Assembly: GCA_001179505.1 (NCBI GenBank) | Contig: CDMY01000182.1 | Span: forward strand, 112,301 to 176,300 | From: Vitrella brassicaformis CCMP3155 | Lineage: Eukaryota; Protista; Chromerida | Reading direction: 5' to 3' | Length of the DNA stretch: 64,000 bases | Shown here: in pieces, positions 25,077-39,113 of the stretch | How the letters are laid out: the number at the start of each line of letters is the position of its first letter | Numbering within the stretch: position 1 is the first letter of the stretch | Program-made: the position numbers and the translations under genes | Notes under the pieces: generated by a model | Told to the model about the DNA's origin: nothing | The model's database searches: none | What the model saw: the letters and a program-made list of their open reading frames with translations, nothing else

Positions 25077-25582
25077 ATGTCTATTTGCGTCGTCGTCATT
25101 ATTGTATTTGAGTTCATTCGCATCTCCGTCGGTCAGCTGGTGACCTTGAGCCGTGGCCACCGCAACGCATCCGCACTGCGAGGCGCACCCAGCGCCTTCC
25201 TGGTACACACATATATATACACATCCTCACGAATGGTCCGCTGTGCAGCCCTTGCTGGTGAATGACAGGGCTGTGAGTGGCCCTATCGTGCTGCATTGGT
25301 GCCGGCCGAGGTACATGTCAGACAGCCATCAGAGAACCCCTGCATGCTGCGTGCGTGCGTTGTGATCGTGTCCTTGTTAGCAATTATCCGAGCCGGCTAT
25401 CGTCGTTTTTCGGCGGGGGTATCGGCACCTTTGTGGGCCGGATGTGGCAGAACCAGCTCAAGGCCATGCGGCGGGAGAGGATCAACGAGGAGAAGGAGAG
25501 TGAAGAGAGGCGCCGACAAGCCGACCAGAGGAGGCGGGACAGCTCCCGGCGGCAGATGCGGCGGCGGCGGAAGAGGAAGTGA
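25077..25582 (+). CDS. Small hypothetical 3-exon protein with hydrophobic N-terminus and Arg-rich C-terminus
   Basis: In-phase splicing gives MSICVVVIIVFEF…AFL / PLLVNDRAVSGPIVLHWCRPS / NYPSRLSSFFGGGIGTFVGRMWQNQLKAMRRER…RRRRKRK*. Confidence 0.4.
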
Positions 25583-26110
25583 GGAGCAGCGAGCTTTATC
25601 TCTCTCTGGCGTTTGGCCTCTCTGTACGCGAGTGTATCGGTTTCTGAGGCACGGTCGCGGCAGGGGTTGGGCTTCATACGGTCCTGCTCGCAGCTAAATA
25701 ATGTGTGGCAGCTAAGCGTGTGTAGTCTACATGGTGAGTGACATGACCTTGTGTGTATGTGTATTCTTGTTGTCAATGGATGGATTGTATATTTCAGAAT
25801 TGCTGGGTCTTTTTCTCTCCCTACCTCTGTCCCCCGCCGACTGCCTGCTTGCTTGGCTCTTGGCCATCTCGCTCTGCGTGCTTGCTTAACTACTCGGTCA
25901 AATGGGATATGTATACCTCCATTCACCCCCTGCCCCTCCTGTGACAATCTGATAAGCGATGGTTAACCCCAAAATCACCTCCATTCACCCCCCTGCTCAT
26001 CCTGTCCATCAAAAAACCCTTAAACCCACGGAGAATGCACTTAGAACCCTTATAGCGAGCTTTTTGGCGAGCGATCAGGGTTTCAAGTCCCTTCAATGTA
26101 TACACAACAT

Positions 26111-26738
26111 GTCTGTCTGTGTCTTCCGACTGAGTTCATGCGATATAGTCGGGAGTCAGTCAGTACACATATGGCATCCCCACATGACGTCCCGAAGACT
26201 GCCCAGACATCGATTGAATCGAATTGCACTCACTGACTGCACGGACACATGCGGGACTCTCTCGTTTGCTTGTCAATCCATTCAGTGGTTCATTGGTTCA
26301 GTCGACTGCTGTCTGCTTCTCTCCCTCCCTCCCTCCCTGCCTGCCTGACATGCACCCAGAACAACGCGTCACACACACTGCCACGCACATGGATGGACGG
26401 ACACACAGAGAGACACGCACCCCACACGAACCACATCGCCAGCCAGATCAGTCAGCGGAAAGAGTCGATGAATGCATTCCCCCCTGTGTGACAATTCCCT
26501 TGCTTGGTGCATCTGGATGGATTGAAAGGCCCCAGTGCACCAACCACTGCCAGCCAGCTGGCCAGGCTTGAAATACATGCATCACACACAGACACGAGAC
26601 ACGCCCACACAACGGTTGGCAGCCAACATAGAAATCTCATCCCATCACCCCCACAAGACCCTCCCTCCACCCACCACCAGTTAGATGACATGCAGCACCG
26701 TTCGCTCTCTCGTAGACGCCGACCAACATGCTCACACA
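26111..26738 (+). repeat. ~630 bp direct duplication, copy 1
   Basis: Near-identical to 27700-28329. Confidence 0.92.
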
Positions 26739-27480
26739 TACACACACACATACACACATACACACGAACACACGAACACACAAACACACAAAGACACAAA
26801 CACACAAACAGGGAGAGAGAGAGCGAGAGAGAGAGGGTGGTCGTGGGAACCAGTGTGTGTGTGGGCGGCTGACGGGGTCAAGTGAGGAGGTGAGATTTTC
26901 TCGATGTTATTCCGGTCCGTAGTAAGCCCCCACAATGATATCCATCTCTTGGATCTTGTCTATCAGGTCTCTGTCGGGCTGCAGACACTCGACAAGGGTA
27001 ACCCTACAGTCAGAAACGTGAAAACCCCGCCAGCGTCGGTGCTGTGTGTGGGGGGCTGCTGCTGACCTCTCCTTTGGCACCTGTCTAGCCCATGAGCTGA
27101 TGCACTCGACCCATGTAATGGATGGACCGGGCCGCACCCACAGAGCCAAACACGGGCCTGCGGAGATGCACAAAAATGGGAGAGGGAGGAGTCAGAGAGA
27201 AGTTCCGCAGAGGCCAATTGGTCGGCGCATAGCAAAGCCGTCATCGAGAGCAATCCTCTGGCACCCGAATGAACCTCCGGGTCGTGGCGCAGCATGCCCA
27301 TCTCGATCTGCACACACAGACGGACACGGACACAGAGAGAGATGCCAGCTTACTTGTCCTTCTGGCTGTTCCTGACTGTGTGTATGGCCTTCCTGTGAGC
27401 CTCTCTGCGGAGATCTGCCGGTTTGTGCGGTCTGTGCCTTTCCCCCAGCACTTTCAAGCTCGCAGGGCTTGGAGCCCCAC

Positions 27481-27508
27481 ACCCTAAACCCTATACCTAA
27501 ACCCTAAT
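27481..27508. repeat. Interstitial telomere-like (CCCTAAA)n remnant
   Basis: accctaaaccctatacctaaaccctaa, followed by tagggttt at ~27515. Confidence 0.6.
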
Positions 27509-27699
27509 TATGCGTAGGGTTTGCGAATCTCGTGAATGTGCGTGTGCAGGAGTGCGCAGCAGACAGGCAGGCAGCTTCCCACACACGGATGTGCGCAGAG
27601 GGGGGCTGTATGTGCAGAGAGGGGGCAGGGAGGCAGGGAGGGGGCGTGCAGTGCACTTGGCATGTGCCTCTGTGTGTGTGTGTGTGTGTTTGTGTTTCT

Positions 27700-28329
27700 G
27701 TCTGTCTGTGTCTTCCGACTGAGTTCATGCGATATAGTCGGGAGTCAGTCAGTAAACATATGGCATCCCCACATATGACGTCCCGAAGACTGCCCAGACA
27801 TCGATTGAATCGAATTGCACTCACTGACTGCACGGACACATGCGGGACTCTCTCGTTTGCTTATCAATCCATTCAGTGGTTCATTGGTTCAGTCGACTGC
27901 TGTCTGCTTCTCTCCCTCCCTCCCTCCCTGCCTGCCTGACATGCACCCAGAACAACGCGTCACACACACTGCCACGCACATGGATGGACGGACACACAGA
28001 GAGACACGCACCCCACACGAACCACATCGCCAGCCAGATCAGTCAGCGGAAAGAGTCGATGAATGCATTCCCCCGTGTGTGACAATTCCCTTGCTTGGTG
28101 CATCTGGATGGATTGAAAGGCCCCAGTGCACCAACCACTGCCAGCCAGCTGGCCAGGCTTGAAATACATGCATCACACACAGACACGAGACACGCCCACA
28201 CAACGGTTGGCAGCCAACATGGAAATCTCATCCCATCAGCCCCACAAGACCCTCCCTCCACCCACCACCAGTTAGATGACATGCAGCACCGTTCGCTCTC
28301 TCGTAGACGCCGACCAACATGCTCACACA
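27700..28329 (+). repeat. ~630 bp direct duplication, copy 2
   Basis: Near-identical to 26111-26738. Confidence 0.92.
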
Positions 28330-29902
28330 GACAGACAGACACACAGACTGACGAATTCTCTCCCCTCCTCTCGTCTCTATCTATCTTGCCTGTCTTATAA
28401 ATCTGAGAGCCCCACCCACATGATGGATGGACTCACTCACTCACTGCATAAACACACACACATACATAGTTCGTTTATGACATTGATCCACACGAGAGAG
28501 ACATACAGACGTCTGTGTCGTGTGGTCCAAGGAGCTTCCTCACCCTCAACAACACAACACAATGAATGCGATGACTGACATACACGACGACCCAACGCAT
28601 ACCTGAATGACACGCACAGTGCGAGCTGGTGCGTAGGTCTGTCGACAGACAGACCACATAATGTGATAATGTGCACCTCTCTCGCTGCGCACCCACCCAC
28701 CCATCCACTGGTTGGTGGAGTCGATCGACGGCTGTCGTCCTCTCCCTCCCTCACCCACCCCTGTCCTCCCCTGATAACCGCCTCGTGCTCACTGCCATCC
28801 ACGTGGATGGATGGATGATAAACAAATCCCCCCTCACTCACTGTGATAAATATATCCCCTCCGCACAGAGCATCTGGATTGATGGCCCCCAGTGACACGC
28901 AACAGCATCTCACCCATCACACAACACACAGGTTCAGAACAGCCCAGCAGTTGGCTGATGCCAGATGCAGCACCGTGTTCGCCCCCTCGAAGCCGCTCAG
29001 CCACCCACACACATACATAGGCACATAAACGCACTGCTGACCAGTTCTCTCCTCACTTCTCCCCTCTTGCCCCACATGATGGACTTACCCCAACAGTACG
29101 ATGCGCTGAAGGTGACCCAAGACATACCGATTGGAGGACGGCCGCACGGAAGAATAGACAGGCAGACACACGGAGGGTCGACCGGGGAGAGCAGCGAGCA
29201 AGCGAGACAGACAGACAGGTTTGCTCTCTTAGATACGATCTCAGGCAGTGAGTGAAAGGGCAATAAAATCTCACTCTCAACACCACCGGCGGCTCCGTCA
29301 ATCCTCCGCTGTCACGTCACGTGTCTGGTGCTATCACATATGCGCAAAAGGGGCGTCAAACAGACACACACAAGCCAGCCAGCCCACACAAGCTCACGGC
29401 ACCATCCCTTTGCGAAGAGCAGTGCTCACGCGTTGCCCATTCCCGAGAGAGCGGTGCAACACAACACGCACACCCACGCTAGCTACCAAACAAATCATCA
29501 GCGCTTCCTGGATGGATGGATGGATGGACCAAACAGCACACACCTCATGTGTGAGACGATATACATCGGACCGAAACACAACGACAGAAGGGGCGAGCCA
29601 GAGCAGCAAGCAACGAGCAAACGAGACAGACAGACAGGTTGGAGACACACGCAAGACACTCGGTGGATTGGATACAATCAAAGCAACACAAAACACTCAG
29701 TGTACTACCACACACACACAACCAACCACACACACAGAGACGTTGACGCCACTAGAAAAAGACACACAGAACACACAAGCCGGCCGGGCAGAGGACCACA
29801 AAACCGATACACATCAACCAACCACGCGGCCCGCCCCCCTCCGCCCATAGATTAGATCTAGATGCAGGCCAGCTTTGGGGGGCATTCCCTCTCATGCACA
29901 CA

Positions 29903-32684
29903 TCATATTCTGCTCAGGTCGCGGCCGAACATTCTGCTCTTCATCCAGTCGAAGAGCACCAGCACCCGGTTGCGCAGGCTCACCTGCTTGACGAAGTACA
30001 CCGAGCGCCACAAGAAGAACCCGGCCTGGCCTGACGCCTTTATCAGGTCCAGATCGTTCGCCTTCACATACACAGACAGCCACAGAGAGAGTTGTGGGTG
30101 GGTGGGCTCTTTCTGGCTAGGCTGGCCCCGTCCGTGTGTGTCGTCACCCACCAACCTGTATGTGTGCGAGCCCCTTGTCGTTGCCCAGGTAGGCCAGCAT
30201 CCCGTAGTTGAAGAACCTGCAAGACAACGCCACTACGTTTGCCCGGGGCAAACAAGGACAAGCGGCCCATGTCGTGTCGGCAGCATACAGTAAGTACCTG
30301 AAGGGGTCGGCCTCCTTCTTGCCCAGGGTGCGCAAGAGGTTGAAGGCCTTCCTGACGGCTCCGTTGTCGCCATTGTCGCCATTCTTGTCGTCGGGCTGCA
30401 CTGGCGGCTGGTCGTCGGGCGTGCTCAAGTCGTAGCCTCTATTCAGCATGCGCGCCAGGTAGTCCCCCTGCTGAGAAGCCACCTGCAATTTACCGCAACG
30501 CAGAGGCGGTGGGGTTCTGTGAACGAGGGTGGGTCTTGACTCTCTCCCACCCACCCACGCATCCCCGAGGCACCGCACCTGTGCTGTTTGCGGGAGGATC
30601 GGGTCCATCTTGGTGCAGTCGCCCATTGCGAGGATGCTGCCGTTGGTGCCGTAGACGCGAAGCCACGGGTCGATCGTCAGCTTCCTGGCACGGGACGTCC
30701 TGAGTGGATGGATGACGGGAGGGAGGGAGGGAGGGAGGACATCAGAAGTCATCATATGCCGTGTGTGTGAGCTGATGGCTCACATTTCCGCCTGCACAGC
30801 CACTTTCTCGATCAGGCGCCTGGTGGAAGAGAGCCACAACAGTGCAGTCAGTGAGTATCTGTCCATCCATCATCCATCCATCAGGTGCACATGTGCCCTT
30901 CCGTTAGCTGAGCCCACTCGGTGATTTTCCTGGGCCCCGTGCCAGCCGTCCAGACGGCCAGACCATACGGCAGCTCCGTCCCATTCTGGATGGACGACGG
31001 TAGGCAGGCACGCAGGCAGGCAGGCAGGAATGGGAGGATGCATTGCTGGGTGTGGTGTGCTATGTATGATTCACATACGTGGAGCGTCATCGAGTAGGGC
31101 CCGACTGCCTTGACGCGCGTCTCCAGCGCCACCTCCACCCCGGCAGTCTGAACACACATAACACATCCGTCCGTCCATCTATCCATCCATTGGCACACGC
31201 ATGTCATTCAGGCGTGTGTGTGGTCTTTCTTGTCGGGAGACTTACGGTAATGACGTTAAGGCCGACGGCCCGCAGGGACTCCTCGAAGACGGGCAGGATG
31301 GTCGGACCCGACTGAATCATCACCACACGCGCCAACGACTTGAGCCTGCATCACAAGATTTCAATGCACACACAGAACGGGAGGGTGTGTATCGTGTCAG
31401 GTACACACACGCATGCATGGGTGGAGGAGGAGAGCTGGCTGGGCTGACTTTGGGTAAAGTGTCTTGAACTCGGTTGACAGCAGGTCATACAACTCGCCAC
31501 AAAACTCCACACCAGTGGGCTGAAGATGCAGACAGACAGACAGACAGACAGACAGCACAATGGTCTGACCGGCGTCGGTATGAAGCTTTGCTTGCATGAG
31601 TGCCTTTGTGCTCCACATACTCCGCCTCCACACACGACAAATGTCAGGATGCGCCGCTTCGCCTCTTCAGTCACCTCGGGGATGTTCGCACTAACCGACA
31701 GCCATCAGCAAAGATGGGAAATGTGCCTGCCCGTTTTGGTCCCCTTCCTTGTCTGCCCCACCGACCGCTCGAATCTGTCCTGCACGGCACTTCTGAGCCT
31801 GCGGGCGTCGTCGACCTCCTTGAGGAAATAGCAGTTCTCGTACACGCCCTTAACGCCGAACGATGACGACATGACGCCAGGGGAGAAGACCAGCGTGTCG
31901 TACGGGACGTTCAGGTCAATCTTGCTGCCTGGGAGATGCATAGATGCATGGTTCGTTCAAGTAGACAGACAGAGATGGTTCTGAGAGAGGGAGAGGGAGC
32001 TCGTGTGATGTGTGTGAGAGTGGGCAGCCAGCACACCGACCGTCGTTTGTCTGCATTCTGGTCCTCATGCGGACTGTCCTGTTCTCCGGGAAGATATCGG
32101 TGGCCTCACCTGACCAATCAGTGACCATACCACATGCCATGCAGCAGAGCACCACTCCTGTGCGCCAGCAATGCAATCGGTGTGCGCATGTCATGTCACC
32201 CACCCTCAAAGTAACTGGCGTATGGGTTTGCCTTTCTCATAGGCTCAGTGATGCTTCGATACTCGACCGTCCCGACACTCGCAGCGGCCAACAGCGGCGT
32301 GAAAAGGAAGTAGTTGCGAGGCGATATGATGACAACATCAAACCTGACACACATCCGGGATACACACACGCACACACACACGTGTGGTGGCCGGCCGGCC
32401 GGCAGGCAGGCAGCTGTGTCGTGTCCATGGTGGTTCGTTCTCACTTGTGAGTGTCGATTGACTTGATGAATGCGTGTGAGGACCATCCGGACCCGATGAC
32501 CACTATTCGGTGCTTGCGCGGCCCCTGCTCGTCACCCAACTCATCCTCAGACCTGAACAAGGTTTAGGAAGCAAGATCTGTGTGTGAGTCGTCTGTCTGC
32601 ATGGCTGATCTCTGACCTCAGCTGTCTGCTCCAAAAGAGCGATGCATCTTCAACCGTATCCAGCACTGCAACAAGCCACACACA

Positions 32685-32725
<41 letters not shown>

Positions 32726-33146
32726 GGCATCACTGCGCCAGCCACCAGCAGACGACAACCACCACTTACACGAGGTGCCCACTTCGTCCACCAGGGCCAT
32801 CACGCTCTGCTGCATTCACAAGCATTCACAGCTAGCTGTGGTCAGGCACTGCACGACATCTGCCCACCTGCCTCCGTCTTCTGTTGTCCTCGGCTGTGTC
32901 CAGGCCCCTCCCCCGCTCATCAGGGACTCGTATGTTGGTCACTTCCGGCCGGGTCTTGATCTCCTGCATGTGCACTGGTGCCCTGCGCCTGCGCGAGAAG
33001 ATGCCCTTCAAGCCCTTGTGGCAGCCCGAGCGCTGAGTGACGTGCTGGGTGATGAATGAGGGACTCTTGGAGACTGCATCTGAGCTACTGACGATGCAGG
33101 CGAGTGCTGCCAAGATCGATGCCGTCCGCGTCGTCCGCCACACCAT
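29903..33146 (-). CDS. NDH2: Type II NAD(P)H dehydrogenase (NDH2) with bipartite N-terminal leader
   Basis: [24 protein letters not shown]…[47 protein letters not shown]…[22 protein letters not shown] and [37 protein letters not shown]. Confidence 0.93.
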
Positions 33147-35229
33147 GGCTGCTGCCGCTGTTGGCCTGTTGGGCAGCCTTGGCAAGCGTGTCCCACCAGG
33201 GGTGTCCCAAACTCAGCCGCGGCAGAACCGTCTGTAAACGCTCAAGCACAAGTCGTCGGGAATGACATGATCTGGATCTCCATCATGATCACTGCGAAGG
33301 CCTCCGATCGCGTTTCCATGCATGGATGGGGGGCAAGCTCGCGGGAGGTGTCTCAGATCTTGGGCACCATTGCAACGCTAACGGAAGAACCGCCAGCATT
33401 TCAACGCGGCACGTGCCGCGCCTATGCCCAGCAGTATGGCCACATCAATTGCAGTCGGCATCGCTGTGGTGGCCAATACGGACCTGTTGCGCATCAAAGT
33501 CTTTGTGTGTCTGTGCAGGGACTGCCGCGTGTGTACTCGAGCACGGGGGGTCATCCGCGGCGACCTGCCAACAGGTGAGAATACGACACACACATGCATC
33601 CATCCATCCATCCACCCACACAGACTGACAGACGGGCTGATAGATATATATGTGTGTGTGCCGTCAGCGTGAGCGTGAGCAGCGGCACAAGGAGAGCGTG
33701 GCCAGGCGGAAGCGCGAAAAAAGTGAGCAAGTGTTGCCAGCCGCAACACATCAGAGTCCACAATGACTGACACGTTCCTGTTGTGTCGGTCTTTATGTCT
33801 GTCTGTCTGATTGTCTGTGTCTGTGTGTGTCAGGTTGCTGTATCAGAGGACGCGGCGAGGCCAGCCTGTCACAGTGATGAAGGGACTGCTCACGGCCATG
33901 CTCAACAAAGTCAGCAAACACGACTGACTGAACGACTCTCATGAAGATCCATCACCTAAATCGTTGCTAGGCTGACTTGACCGACCATGGCATGCAGCAC
34001 ACATACGCATGGCTGCCGCATATATATGCGTGCGGGGGCCCGTTATATAAACCAGCTTTCGTGTGTGTGTGTCCAAAGATAGATAGATGCGGAAGAAGGG
34101 CAGAGGGAGACAGATGGAATGGCAGCTCTAGCTATCTGAGACATACAAAAGTCCCCACCACCACCACCGCGCGCAACCCGACTGACTGCCTGACTGCATT
34201 GCCAGACGAAACCACACGCGTGCATGAATCGATTCATGACTTGACAGACAGACAGACAGACAGACAGTGACACAGACATCGAGAGGAGACAGACTGCGAG
34301 ATGAGAGCAGCATAGAACACCGACGACACATACCCACTCTGACTCGTCCCATCTATCACATGCATGTCTGCATGCATGCATCCGTTGTCCCGTTGCCATC
34401 CATGTCTGCACGCCGTCTCCCTTCTCATGCTCTGATGGTCTCTCTCTCCCTCCGCCACACGCGCTGCGACGCTCTCAACCTCTCCAACACACTGAGAGCT
34501 CAGCGGTCGGTGTGTGCGTGTAAGGGAGCCCATCATGGCAAGCACCAGACGGCAGCCCAGCGACCATTGTCTGAAAAGAGGCGAGAATGCACGCAGCTCT
34601 AGATCTCTGGGGATGATGGGGTGTGTAAGTGTCTGCCCGTGTTGTCCCGCGCCACCCGCCCGAACACACACCGCCAGCTAGGCAAGCGAAACGAGGTCAA
34701 ACAGCTTGTGCACTCGCACCGCAAGTTTTCAACATGATCAACAAGACTCTCCTTACCGACAGACACATCAAACTTTCTTTTGGGCTCTCTTGTCTTTGTT
34801 TAGCCTCGGCTCGTCTGCCAGGCAAGACGACACGCAGTGAGCCTGCAATGGGGCACCCGCTGGCTCACGGCGTATCGACACAACCAGACAGTAGGCCAGG
34901 CTCTCAATCGCCGATCAGTCAGTCAGTCAGTCAGGAGAAGGGCATGAAATGCCACATGCATGCATGCAGGACAGACAGAACCGTTTGGTTGGTCCGTTGG
35001 CGGCGGCAATAATCATCCTTATAAAACCATACCATACACACGTGCTACGCCCTCACACACAGCAAGCACACACACACACACACACACATACACACAGAGA
35101 GAGAGAGAGATGCATCAAAAAATGTTGTGCATCCGTCGACCAAAAATGTCGTGGTGGCGAGAACGAAAATGGACCTGTCGGTCGATCGACCGACGCGTGC
35201 ATATGCGATAGCATCACCAGTCAGTCAGG

Positions 35230-38200
35230 TCAGGTTCTCCGCCTGATGGGCTTCACTCTCAGGCCCCTCGGCTTGTAACTGACGACGCCACACGTGCGTC
35301 CCACACAGCCAGCCAGCATCCCTGTGTGTGTTGGTTGCTCTGTCTGTCTGTCTGTCTGTCTGTCGGTGGGCGTTGCTTACGTGATGGCGAAGTACGGCTC
35401 TGGCTCTGCGGTGACATCGAACTCATACCGACGGAGCAGCCCAGCAAGGGTCAGACGAATCTGTGGCAGTCACGCACAGACACACACACGCGCGCACCGC
35501 CCCAGGGGCATGCAGGACGATCGGCCAAAGCTTCGAGTGTGTTTGTGCGTGCGGCCTCACTGCACTGCCCCCACCCACCTCGATGGTGGCCAAGTTCTGC
35601 CCAATGCAGGCTCTCGGGCCGATGCCGAACGGCCGCAGCACATTGTTGTAGACCTTGAGCTGCTCCTCGCTGCTCTCCAGCCACCGCTCGGGACGAAAGG
35701 CCTTACCGTCACCCCAACTGTGAGTTCATCACCCACCCACCCACCACAAGGGGGGATACCACAAAACAGCACACACACACGCAACAACACGTTGCACGTG
35801 TGTGTGCGTCTCGTCTTGTCTTTGGGGTGTCGGTATGTGTGTGGGTGTGTATGTGTATCTGTGGTACATGCATACATACACACGTACATGTCGGCGGCGG
35901 TGAATGCCGGGAGGAAGGGGAAGGCGATGTCGTATCCGGCGGGGATGTAGTAGTCGACCCCCTTCGATGTCAACTTGACGCTTCGGTCGAGGGTGCGGAA
36001 TTGACCGTTGGACGCCACCGTCGTGCTGGCAGGGGGGCAGGGAGAGAGAAGGGGACACGGACGCAAACACACACACACACACACGTGCATGTATATGTAT
36101 ATATATATATATATGTGAGTGTGTGTATATATATATATGTATACATATACATGCACGTGTGTGTGTGTGTGTGTGTGTTCGCATACATACACATACATTC
36201 TCATGAGCTCTTTGACGCAGGCATTGAAGTACTTGAGGTCTGACAGCTCCTCATACGTAGGGAATGGGCCCACGAAACTGGCGCCATCCAACTCCTGCAC
36301 ACACACACACATATACACAGAGAGAGAGAAAGGCGGAAGGGACGCCCATCTAGAGGCGCTTAAGATCTGTCGCTGCGTCTGTCCTCATGTGTGAGTGTCA
36401 TGTGTCGTGTGTCGGACCTCTTGGAGCTTCTTGAGCACACGGGGATTGCTGCCGAGGTGATAGATGCCCCACGCCAAAGTATAACCAGTAGTGTCATGCC
36501 TGTCAGACACAACACGGCCACTCTGTATGGCGACCGGTACTTAGTTCGTGCGGGCCGTCGCCTCGCCGTCCGACATCTTACTTACCCGGCGTTGATCAGA
36601 GTGTAGATGTCGGAGAGGCGAGCAAACTCGGTCTCATAGGGAGCGTTGTGGATGTAGGACATGATCGACGTCGGCTGCCACCAGGCTTTTTCGTTCATTC
36701 ATTCAAGCGTGTGTTGGCGCCGTGTTGTGTTGTGTTGTGTGTGTATCTCCCTCTCTTTTTTGCGTACGTCTCTTTGTTCGGCGGGCGTGTTGAGGTAATG
36801 TTGGTAGATGCGCTGGACGATCTCGCGGTAGGTCTGCTGTGCGTCGTTGAACTTGCGCATTCCATCGTTCCACGGCATGTAGGGCCTGCACGCTCAGACC
36901 ACAAACACACACACACGATATCCGAGCGACGAGGGAGCGTGTGTGTGTGCGCGTGTCAATCAACGCATGTGCGACTGCCAAGCATAGCATACCTGAAAGG
37001 GTTCAGGACCTGTTGGGCGAACTCCTTGAATATGGTGTCGACGCTCTCGAGAATGGCCAGCGCCTCGCCATTGCGCTCCTCGTCGAAGGCGTGGAACGGA
37101 TACCTTCCGGCAAGAATATGTCAAAACAACGATCACAAAAAACACGTTCAATACTAGATGCACATGGCTAAGACACGCACGCACGCACGCACACAAACAA
37201 ACGCACCCAAGTGCGATTTCGCCTATGACGTCGATCGTAACCGGACGGCCCACTGGTCCATGGGCACCGACACGCCCTTCTCGGCCGCACTGTCCAGCGC
37301 GTCGCAGAAGCCGCCCAGCACACGATGGTACGCGGGGACCTTGCTGGCAAGCACCTTGGTGCTGCGCACACACACACACATACCACACACGCACACGCGA
37401 CACATACATAGCCAGATGAAGACAAAAAAATGCATGTGTGTGTTGACGTAGGGGTGTGTGTGTGGGTGTGGGTGGGTGGGTGGGTGTTAGTGATCACTCA
37501 CGCGAATGCGGGGGCTAGTGCCTTACGAATGGGGTGCCAGCCCTCGCCTGTGGTCTTGCGCGAGAAGATGGAGACGTCCCTCGGTGTGAACGGGCCACGG
37601 CGGCGGAGGTCGAAGCTCTTGAAGAGCGAGGTCTTCTCGAGACCATCTGATGCACCACAGTAACACACACACACACACACACACACAGATGCATGAGTGC
37701 ATCCAGTGTGCAAATGTGATTTGGGGAGGACATCACACACACACACACACACCTGCCCCGAGCAGCTCTGGGAAGCAGCTCCAGTCCGTGCAGACGTAGA
37801 CACGCTTGCCCAGCGGCAGCTGATAACAAAACACCTCGCTCTTCAACTCATCGCGCCACTGCTCGTATCTGACCACACACATATCACACGCAAACACACA
37901 ATTGAGCCAGGCCGCTGTGTGTTGTCTCTCAATCGAGCGGGCCGGCTCACAGGTGCGGCACTTTGGGGTCTGCGAAAAGTGCGAGAGACTCGGTGACGGA
38001 CATCGGCACACGGGGCGGGTCGCGCAGCGCCTTCCTCTCCTCGGCGGTGATCTCATGCACGGGTCTGGTCCCCTGCTTAGCGGCGGTGGCGGCATCTTTG
38101 GTTGTGTTGCTGTTTGTGGCGGCCTGGGCCCTCTTGCGGTGCAGCCGTATGAGCTCCTCGAGGCCGACGAGGCACACCACGGCCGCCGAGATGCCGGCAA

Positions 38201-38267
38201 GTGGCAGCAGAGAGGAGGAGGGAGAGGGGTCAGGCGGCTGTGGCTGGCATGACGATTGATTGAACAC
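35230..38267 (-). CDS. Cytochrome P450 (5' start unresolved)
   Basis: N-terminal TM anchor, I-helix AGHDTT, K-helix KELMR (ExxR), PERW and heme motif FGIGPRACIG; ends TYKPRGLRVKPIRRRT*. Confidence 0.92.
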
Positions 38268-38523
38268 TCTCCGTCGGCTGGAATGACCAGATCTGCCAAC
38301 TGAAAGGCCAATAAGAGGGGCTGACAGATCTTCCGCGGACAGATCTTTCGCAGCTTGGCTGTCAAACAGCTCGCAATCCGGGGGTCACGAAGGTCCGATC
38401 GCCAAACCCTAGTGGGGCCAGGCCCCACCTCTTTCTCTGGCACGTCCATCTGGTGCATCGCAGCCCACCCAAGCACAGTCTTAGGTCTACTCTGTTGGTA
38501 TTCGTTGCCAGTTGTTGAATCAG

Positions 38524-39075
38524 ATGGAAGCGGCGGGGGTGGCGGGATCTGAGTCTGCCCCGCCCGGAGTGTTGAACAGGTCCGAGGGCGTGAATGCACC
38601 ACCACGGAGGGGCTCGGCATCGGCGAGAGGCTCGGTGGTTTCGATATCGATCAAGAGCCCTGAAGAGGAGGGCGGCGACGACGAGAGGGGACAGCTGGAG
38701 AAGGGTCGGTTGTCCCATCACACAAACGATTCAAATTCACATGTGTGTGCTTGTGTGTGCGCCAGGGCCCTCACAGACCACCGCATTCAGTCGCACGTCG
38801 GTGGGAGCGGCCAATCTGCATTGGTACTGACAGATCATATACACACACATCTCACATACCACCAGAAACACACACACATACGGTGGATGGTCGGTCCATG
38901 CAGGAACGACATCGATTGTCGGCCGTCGTGGAGGTCCATGCCGTGTTTGAAGGTGCACTTCCAGGACGCCTTGCTCGAGAGACAATTCACTAAAAAGAGT
39001 GCTTCCAAGACATGAATCGCTTCCTGTGGAGGTACCGCACAGGAGTCACAGAAATGCGCACTCATTGCCTGCGAT

Positions 39076-39113
<38 letters not shown>

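Noticed and set aside
26880-27470. Exon-like minus-strand pieces between the duplicated repeats (…DKIQEMDIIVGAYYG…)
   Set aside because: Could not assemble a consistent frame or recognise a family.
33267-33935. Possible small spliced gene upstream of NDH2
   Set aside because: Candidate exons are not phase-consistent and have no recognisable motif.
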